DNA from: Octopus vulgaris
Taxonomy: Eukaryota
Assembly (NCBI GenBank): GCA_951406725.2
Contig: OX597823.1
Coordinates: forward strand, 80,786,001-80,850,000
DNA: 64,000 bases
Direction of reading: 5' to 3'
How positions within the stretch are numbered: the first letter of the stretch is position 1; each line of letters starts with the position of its first letter. The notes under the pieces were generated by a model, which was not told the DNA's origin, made no database searches, and worked only from the letters and a program-made list of their open reading frames with translations. Of this stretch, positions 39,654 to 50,134 are shown in pieces. Position numbers and translations under genes: made by a program.

Positions 39654-42600
39654 TTAACATCCATCTTCCATGTTGGCATGAGTTGGAATGTTTTGGGCTT
39701 ACAAAGAATAAGTCCTGGGGTTGATTTGCTCGACTAAAGGCGGTGCTCCAGCATGGCCGCAGTCAAATGACTGAAACAAGTAAAAGAGTAAAAGAGTATA
39801 TCTAAAACATTTTTGTACTCCAGAAAATAAAGGTATTAAGTTTCCTTTCTGTTTTCTTCATTGTTTAAATGAGGATTATAAATTACTTAAGCTTGCCACT
39901 GCACTACCAGTTATAATCTCAAATGTATAGTTTGTATTATTACAGAACATAGAGACAGTGAGCTGGCAGAATTGTTAGCATGCTGGGTAAAATTCTTTGG
40001 GGCGCTTCATCTGTCTTTGTTCTGAGTTCAAATTCCGCTGAGGTTAACTCTGACTTTCATCCTTTCGGGGTTGATAAAATAAGTACCAGCTGAGTGCTGA
40101 GGTCAATGCAGTCGACTTACCACTTTCATCGAAATTGCTGGCCTTGTGCCAAAATTTGAAATCATTACTACAGAACATACAGGTGATGAGATGGTAGAAT
40201 TTCTAGCATGCTGGGTGAAATGCTTAGCAGCATTTTGTCTGTCTCCATATTCTGAGTTCAAAATCTGCTGAGGTTGACTTTGCTTTTCATCCTTTTGGGG
40301 TTGATAAAATAAGTACCAGTTGAGTACTTGGGCCGATGTAATCTACTTATCCTCCTCTTTCAAATTCCAGGCCTTGTGCCTATAGTAGAAAGGATTATTC
40401 TCTGCTTGCAAAGACCTGTTGAGGCAAGTGAAATCAAAGTCGAAATCGAAATCAAATTCGATGACTGCCATCCGTGCTAGTGGAGCGCTAAGAGTACCAT
40501 CCGAGCATGATCGTTGCCAGAGCAAAAAACTGGCTTCTGTGCTGGTGGCACATAAAAAGCTCCATTCAAGCATGATCGTTACCTGCATCGCCTTACTGGC
40601 ACTTGTGCTGGTGGCACGTGAAAAAACATTCGAGTGAGGTCATTGCCAGTGCCGCTGGACTGGCTCCTGTGCAGGTGGCACATAAAAAGCACCATTTGAG
40701 CATTGCCGTTTCCAGTACCGCCTGACTGGCCCTCGTGCCGGTGGCACGTAAAAGCACCCACTACACTCTTGTAGTAGTTGGCGTTAGGAAGGGCATCCAG
40801 CTGTAGAAATTCTGCCAGATCAGATTGGAGTCTGGTGCAGCCATCTGGTTCACCAGACCTGTCAAATCGTCCAACCCATGCTAGCATGGAAAGCAGACGT
40901 TAAACGAGGATGTTAATGATGATGATGACATTCATAAACAAACACTGAAGCATCGAGTGAGCTGGTATTTTTAGAAATGAAGAAAATCTCAAGTACAAGA
41001 AAATAGCTCAGAGGATTGGGTAAAACACTCTTATAGATGGGAAAACATGGCCAGCAAACCGCTTCAGAGAATCAAACTCTGTACTTCTCAAATTCTAAAA
41101 GTACAGAGTTTGATTCTTTGTAGCAGTTTACTGGCCATGTTTTCCCAAATATAAGTATACTTTACATGATTCTCTGAGCTCTATTCACAGCTGTTCTCCT
41201 GCGTTTTAAGATTTCCTTCATTTGTACAAATAGTAAGATTACATTTTGGGCAAACAAGAGTTTTACTGTTTTGTTTGATTTCATATTTTACAAAGTAGTC
41301 CTTTTGTGTTCTGAGTTCAAAACCTGCAGGTGGCAGCTTTATCATTTCAACTTCCCTGAGTCAAACATCAAGCATGTGATGAAATATGGTGGATAAAATT
41401 GACTGCTCCCTTCTTATCTTATGATGTTTTTAGCATTTTGATTTTATATATGTATGCCCTTACTATCACCTCATTTTACAGTATAGACTGAGAGTCTTTT
41501 ATCATGCTATCATCATGGCAGAGCAGCTGTCTCCCAAAACTGATGTACCCTCCACTGCACTGAATTAGTTAACCCTTACAAAAAGCTTTCTTTCGGCCAA
41601 ATTAAGATATGGATATTATTGTATAAGGGAATTTTCTTGGTTAATATTTCCTTAGTTTTTGTTATATTTAATTTTGACAACTTGCACTCCATCAGTTCCA
41701 GTTGATCCCATCAACAGAAGAGCCTGCTCATGAAATTTATGTGCAAGTGGCTGAGTACTCCACAGATGCATGTACTCTTAACATAGTTCTCAAAGAGATT
41801 CAGAATGATGCAGAATATGGCAAGGTTGGCCCTTTGAATTAAACATTTGTTTTGTTGCAGTCCATGCATTTACTGATACTAAAATGAAAATTTACACCCA
41901 GACACATATATACATGTATACACATTCATATCTATGTATATTCTTTTTTTTTTTTATTTTACAGCTGTTAAAATATCATTATTCATCCAGAACTCAAGTG
42001 TAATAGCATGTGCAATTGTTGTAGCAGTCTATTTAACTTGGAAAACCCAAATTGTTGACACTTGGAATGGATTTGGAGACATTCTCTCCAAAATTGTAAT
42101 AATCGGTTTAGCTATTATTGCTAGACTTGCTTCCTTGGCAGGCAACATTTCTGTACGCAATGACTGGATTGTTGAAATAAGTGAAAGAGACCCAACTAAA
42201 CTTGCTTGTGAGTATTTCATCTCGGTGAAAATATCTATTAAACTTCTAAACTTCTTTTTAAAATATCTTTATGTATTGTAATTTTAAAATATGAAAATAA
42301 ATCTTTACTGAAATAAATATTTTTTTCTTAAAATGTTTTAACGATATCATAGTTGATTTTGTCAAAAATTAAAAATCAAATTCGATGATTGGCATCCGTG
42401 GTGCTAGCGGGATGCAAAGAGCACCATACGAGTGTGATCATTGACAGAGTGGCTAACCGGCTTCCATGCCAGTGGCACTTAAAAGGCACCATTCGAGCAT
42501 GATCGTTACCAGCGTCGCACTACTGGCACTTGAGCCCCGTGCTAGTAGGGTATTAAGAGCACCATCCAAGTGTGATCGTTGCCAGAGCGGCTATCTGGCC

Positions 42601-44879
42601 TCCGTACTGGTGGCATGTAAAAAACACCATTCCAGCGGGATCGTTACCAGCATTGCCTTACTGGCACCTGCGCCGGTGGCATGTGTAAAAGATTTGAGCG
42701 AGGTCGTTGCCAGTGCCACCTGACTGGCCCTGTGCCGGTGGCACGTAAAAGCACCCACTATACTCTCGGAGTGGTTGGCGTTAGGAAGGGCATCCAGCTG
42801 TAGAAACTCTGCCAGATCAAGATTGAAGCCTGGTGCAGCCATCTGGTTCGCCAGCCCTCAGTCATATGTCCAACCCATGCTAGCATGGAAAGCAGACATT
42901 AAACGATGATGATGATAGTTGCTATACAATCGATTGAAAATTGTAAAGGCTGAGGTTTAAATGTAGTTCTAAATTTTGAAAAAATTTTTAGCAGATACAG
43001 ATGTGAATGTGCGATTAAGAAGCTTGCTTTCCAACCATATTATCAGCATCTCAGGCGAGTGTTTTCTACTATAGCCCCAGGCTGACCAAAGTCTTGTGAG
43101 TAGACTTAGTAGATGGAAACTGAAAGAAGCCCATCACATACATACATGCATGGATGCATGATTGCATACATACATATTTATAAATATTAAATACATATAC
43201 TACTCTTTACTCTCTTTTACTCTTTTACTTGTTTCAGTCATTTGACTGTGGTCATGCTGGAGCACTGCCTTTAGTCGAGCAAATCAACCCCAGGACTTAT
43301 TCTTTGTAAGCCTATTACTTATTCTGTTGGTCTCTTTAGCCAAACTGCTAAGTTACGGGGATGTAAACACACCAGCATTGGTTGTCAAGTGATGTTGCGG
43401 GGACAAACACACACACATACGACGGGCATTGGCTCAGGTGCTTTTTACATGACACCAGCTTTTTATGTGGCACAGAGTTAATCAGATCAGAGAACATATT
43501 CCAGTTGATAGATTGCCAGTCTGTCATAGGTAACTATATGATACCTATTCTTTGACAAGGCAAACCAGAGCACTGGAGACATAAATATCTTGCTCAAAAA
43601 CACACATACCAATTAGATGTATAGTGCTAGTATCACTGGCTTTTACTTTCCGTATTGCTTAGTTTCATTTAGATCATTGGTTCTCAACCATTTTTTTTTA
43701 TCTGTGGACCCCTTTGATTCCTACTTTACTTGGATGAACCCTCTTAGTCATTTGGTGTTTAAAAGAATCATATTTTATTTTTATAATTAAATATTATTAG
43801 CAATTGTATAAAAAATATCACTGATCTAGATGGTCTGATCACTGATCTAGATGGACTGATCACTGATCTAGATGGTCTGATCTTTGATCTAGACGGTCTG
43901 ATCACTGATCTAGATGGACTGATCACTGATCTAGACGGACTGATCACTGATCTAGATGGACTAATCACTGATCTAGATGGACTGATCACTGATCTAGACG
44001 GACTGATCACTGATCTAGACGGACTGATCACTGATCTAGACGGACTGATCACTGATCTAGACAGACTGATCACTGATCTAGACGGACCGATCACTGATCT
44101 AGATGGACTGATTACTGATCTAGACGAACTGATCACTGATCACTGGTCTAGATGGACTGATCACTTGAGGGTAAAATGTCTTCAGCTGTTATAAGCCACA
44201 GTGCCTTTGGCGGCATATGAACTCCTGATTCTTTGGTTAGTAGGCACAAGTATTTTAATTGTTTGGCTAGCAGCGACACTCTTGTTAAAGCATAAATTTT
44301 GTCAAATATAAATCTACAATCAATGATTCAAGGTATGATTAATTGTTTTCTTTCATGTTATATCTTATTTTCTGAAATTATGGCATAACATCAAACATGT
44401 ATCTTTTACTTCTTTTCTAGAAGAGAAGAAAGAGAGAGAAAATAAAAATATAACATTAACCTCTTTATTCATTTACATTCTATCTTAATGTAAAACTATA
44501 TTGATTTGATTAATTTTTATTAGTTCTTAATTTCTTAACAGTGTTTTAATTAATTTTTGATCTTTGTCATCCTATTAATTTATTTATTTAGACATGACTG
44601 CTGCCCTACGCCGTATTGACCTTGCAGTTAAACTCCTATCACCTGTTCTTGCTGGTCAGTTAATGACATACATTTCTATTGTGGCTGGTTCCCTGTTTAT
44701 TGCTGTTTGGAATTTTATCTCAGTATTTATAGAGTATTTTTTGCTATACAAAGTCTTCCAAGCAGTTCCAACTCTGGCTACAAAGAAAAAAAGTGTAACT
44801 GCTGGAGAAGAACAACAAGGTAATATGCTAACTAAAAACTATTGTATACTCCTCCTCTACCACCACTATGTGTGTGTGT

Positions 44880-44913
<34 letters not shown>

Positions 44914-47900
44914 CTGTGTATACTGACCAACATACTCTCATGGAATGTAACCAAATGAGGTTTATTTTTCAACATGGTCCCTCTTGTGGCTCATAGACTT
45001 TTTCCATCAATGTTGCAGTGCTTAAATCCTTTTGGTGAAGAAGCTTTCATCAACAGTAGATATGACATCACCATCACTGTAATACTGCTTTATCGTGTTG
45101 GGGGAACAGATGATAGAAACTTGAGGTCAAATCAAGAGAACAGGGAGGATTATCAACCAGGTCAAAGTCACAGTCATGTACAGCAGTCATTGAAACCAAG
45201 GACTCATTTGCTGGAGTATTGTCCTGATGAAACAAGACTCCCTTTCATCAATTTTCCAGGGTTTTTTGTCTTAATAGCCTTTTATAACTGCCTCAGTAAT
45301 TTGGCATAGAATTCTCCATTGATGGTGTGGTCATTTTGAAGATGGTTAATAAACACAATGCCTTTCACATCCCTAAAATCTGAGGCCATCACCTTCCCTG
45401 CAGATGAAATGATCTTGGCCTTCTTTGAAGCAGGCAAGGAGAGGTGTTTCCACTTCATGGATTGTCTCTGGCTCAAAGTGATGAAGCCAATACTCATACT
45501 GGGTTGGGAAATGTTTGAGGAAACCAGCTGGATTTCCTGTGATGTGATCAGCTTCTTGCGCTGTTTATCAGCTATCACATGTGACACTCGCTGAACAGAA
45601 ACCTTCATCACACCAAGTTCATTGTGTAGAATATTCTCAACTCTCTCGCAATGTATGCCAGTAGCACTGGCTGTGTGATTTAGAGTTGACTCTCCATCTT
45701 CCATCACCATGTGGTGAACACAACCATTGTTTCCCTTAGTGGTGGCAGTTGCAGGACATCCAGACCCTGAGTCATATTCAAGACTCTCCCTTTCTCTCCT
45801 AAATTCAGCTGCCCACTTTTGCACTCTCTTATACTCTTTTACTTGTTTCAGTCATTTGACTGTGGCCATGCTGGAGCACCGTCTTTAGTCGAGCAAATCC
45901 ACCCCAGGACTTATTCTTTGTAAGCCTAGTACTTATTCTATCGGTCTCTTTTGCCGAACCGCTAGCTTACAGGGATGTAAACACACCAGCATCGGTTGTC
46001 AAGCGATGTTGGGGGGACAAACACAGACACACAAACATATACACGCACATACATATATATATATATACATACATATATATGATGGGCTTCTTTCAGTTTC
46101 CGTCTACCAAATCCACTCACAAGGCTTTGGTCGGCCCAAGGCTATAGAAGAAGACACTTGCCCAAGATGCCATGCAGTGGGACTGAACCCGGAATCATGT
46201 GGTTGGTAAGCAAGCTACTTACCACACAGCTACTCCTGCTTACAAAATAAATATAAGATAAAAAAAATTGTCAACTTTTATTATATTCATTATATAGATT
46301 GTTTCCGGTATAGATAAATATTATTAAGAAATATTACTGGTCCCTGGCACACTGGAAAAAAAAATGCCTGTATGCCACATCAGATAGTTTGAGAAGCACT
46401 GTTTTAGATTACAGTAAGCTTTTGGCTATCGCAAGTGTTACGTTCCAAGACCTCCGATAGAAATAATTGAAATCTAAAAGTATATATATACCTATCGGCT
46501 GCAGAAACCCGGATATACTGAGGAGTCTGTGATATAAATTTACATATGCTGAGACCCCCTTCAGTCATGACTGACCATGGGATTGCACCTAGAAATTTAC
46601 CCTCCTAGGTACAAGTCCGGGCAAGTTGTTTATGGAAGACCAGCAGTCGCCCATGCATACCGGCTTCCCGTCTCCATGCCACCAGTGTTATCCAAGGGAA
46701 AGGCAACAGCTGGTACAGTTTGGCACTGTGACGTTGCAAGTCATTTGTACAGCTGAGTGAACTGGAGCAACGTGAAATAAAGTGTCTTGCTCAAGAACAC
46801 AACACGCAGCCCGGTCCGGGTATTGAACTCACAACCTCATGATCGTAAGCTCGATGCTCTAACCATTGAGCCATGTGCCTTCACAATTAACATATATTAG
46901 CCAGAAAAATCCTTGATGTACTAAGTGCGCGATAGGTGAACTGTGAAGTACTGAGTGTGTGATAGGTGAACTGTGAAGCACCGAGTGCGCGATAGGTGAA
47001 CTGTGAAGTACTGAGTGCGCGATAGGTGAATCACGATGTACTGAATGCACAATAGGTGAACTGTAGTATGGTGAGGGATTACTGAACAACGAAACTTCCA
47101 TGAACTTTTTTCCTATTATTTTGAAATTTACTGTTTTGCTGTCTGAAAAATAGTTGAAAATCATCTTTTGTTAACATGTCTTTTTTAATTTCTTTTCCGG
47201 CTGAAAATGATGATCAAAACAAAAATAAATCAGAATCAAATGATGTGGAGGGAACCTCAAATTCTGTTGAAGAATCCACTGAAAGCCCACAGTTAGAAGC
47301 CATGAAAGTGAGCTCAGATGATACTCAACCAAAACCAGATGAAAGCTCCCCAAAAGCTTGTAGCAGATTAGCTAAACATCCTCTGTGCGTGTCTTTTTTC
47401 TCTGGAATATTTACCCTTTACAATGGCTGGAGCATATATCTAAAATATGATGTGGCCCCTGCTGGATTTGGACTTGCTCTCGTATATATGACAGCCCTTG
47501 GTTTTGACAATATCACTGTTGGTAAGAATCTTTACTTAAAACTTGATGTTTATTTATTCATTACACTGACATATAACCACGTACATTTATAAATCGCAAC
47601 TGTGTATAACTGCATATATTTATAAGCAGGGCTGATTGAATTTGTTTCTCTAAATGACTTATTTTTTTTTTAATCAACCTCAGAATAAAGCAAAATTAAT
47701 CCATTAGTTTTTGAAATCAGGATGTAGAAATGTGAAAGCAAACATTGTTGTGATGCTGTTTCTACTATTTTATTATCTGGAATTTAAAATTATCTAAAAA
47801 ATAAAAAAAAAATGCTAAATTTATTTTAAAACATCTAAATTAAAACAATACAAAATTTCCAGTTTTAGTTTTAATCCAAACCTGAAAATGTTTAAACATT

Positions 47901-49494
47901 ATTTTTGATTAGGCACAAGACCAGTTTCTTACTAAATGCAGAATAGTTGAATCAACTACAGTATATTACTGGTATGTAGATTAAAAGCACCATCCGAACG
48001 TTGCCGATGCCAGCACTGCCTTGACTGACTTCTGTGCCGGTGGCATATAAAAAGCACCAACCGATTGTGGCTATATGCCAGCCCCCTCTGGCCCCGGTGC
48101 CAGTGGCATGTAAATGGCATGTAAAAAGCACCCACTACACTCATGGAGTGGTTGGCGTTAGGAAGGACATCCAGCTGTAGAAACACTGCCAGATCAGACT
48201 GGAGCCTGGTGCAGCTGCCTGGCTTCCCAGACCCTGGACGAACCGTCCAACTCGTGCTAGCACGGAAAATGGATGTTAAACGATGATGATAATGAAAGAC
48301 ATAATCAATACTGACAGTATTTTTGAATCAGCATCTTCATCAGAATCATTTTACACTGCTTTTCCACTCTTATGTGAGTTGGATGGTTCTTCTGAGGTCA
48401 TGTTTTCCAGCCAAATGCTCTTGTTGCCCACCTTTTTGGTCATTTCTTATGTCATGCATAAAAAGGTGGTATATCTGTTCTAGAACCTGGATGTACAATC
48501 TTATTTTTAACCCTCAATGTAGAATGACAAAAACAACAATTTCAGGAGAGGGGGTTAGTTGATTACATCGACCCCCCCCCCCCCCCCCCCAGTGTTCAAC
48601 TGGTACTTATTTTATTGACTCCAAAAGGCAAAGTCAACCTAGGCAGAATTTTTGCTTAGAACATAAAGATGGACAAAATACCTATCTCTTTACTACCCAC
48701 AAGGGGCTAAACACAGAGGGGATAAACAAGGACAGACAAACGGATTAAGTCGATTACATCGACCCCAGTGCGTATCTGGTACTTAATTTATCAATACCGA
48801 AAGGATGAAAGGCAAAGTCGACCTCGGCGGAATTTGAACTCAAAACGTAACAGCAGACGAAATACGACTATGCATTTCGCCCGGCGTGCTAACGTTTCTG
48901 CCAGCTCACTGCCTTCAAAAAAGTCTACTAATATAATACAGTCATTTAAGGTAGTGAGTTAGCAGAATTGTTAGTACACTAGACAAAATACCGAGTGGCA
49001 AATTCCACTGAAATCAACTTTGGTTTTCATCCTGTTGGGGTTGGTAAAATAAGTACAAGTGCATTGAAATTCAATATTATATTGAAACTAATTTAATATA
49101 GTTATAGGTGCCCCTGAAATTCAATATTATATTGAAACTAATTTAATATAGTTATAGGTGCAGGAGTGGGTGTGTGGTAAGTAGCTTGCTTTCTAACCAC
49201 ATGGTTCCAGGTTCAGCCCCCCTCTGTGGCACCCTGGGCAAGTGCCTTCTACTATAGCCTTGGGCCAACCAAAGCTTTGTGAGTGGATTTGGTAGACTGA
49301 AACTGAAAGAAGCCTGTCGTGTGTGTGTGTGTGAGTGTGTATATGTTTATGACTGTGTTTGTCCCCGGGTGTGTTTACAACCCCGTAACTTAGCGGTTTG
49401 GCAAAAGGGACCGATAGAATATATACTAGGCTTACAAAAAATAATGCAGTTCTATATTTAACCCCAAGATTCCAAGTTCGATTCCAGGCAGTGA

Positions 49495-49544
<50 letters not shown>

Positions 49545-50085
49545 TCGAAAAAAATAAAATACCTTAGGAACGAGAACCCAGGTTCGAAATTTTCCCAAAA
49601 CACCTGATGAAGGCTGAAGGGTATATCAGCCGAAACATTGTGTTAACTAACAAGGTAAGGACAATTATCTGTCAAATGTAAATAATGTAAATAATTTACA
49701 AAGAATAAGTTCTGAGGTTGATTTGTTTGACTAAAGGCAGTACTCCAGCATGGTCACAGTCAAATGACTGAAACAAATAAAAGAATAGTGTAATTAATAT
49801 AATATATTAATATAGTTGTATTTCGGGATGGTCACACATGAAAACAAAAAGTGTCACTGAAGAGGTCACAGATGTGTGAGAAAAGATTTCCAGACAATGG
49901 ACATGAGTTAAAATTGTAAAATAAGAACAGTACTAAATGAGTGAAGAAAAATATATATATAGGTGTAGGAGTGGCTGTGTGGTAAGTAGCTTACTTACCA
50001 ACCACATAGTTCCGGGTTCAGTCCCACTGCGTGACACCTTCGACAAGTGTCTTCTACTATAGCCTCGGGCTATAGTAGAAGACAC

Positions 50086-50134
<49 letters not shown>

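Noticed and set aside
43768-44136. 136-aa SR-like ORF (SRSVISP)n
   Set aside because: Translation of a 21-bp minisatellite, antisense within an intron.
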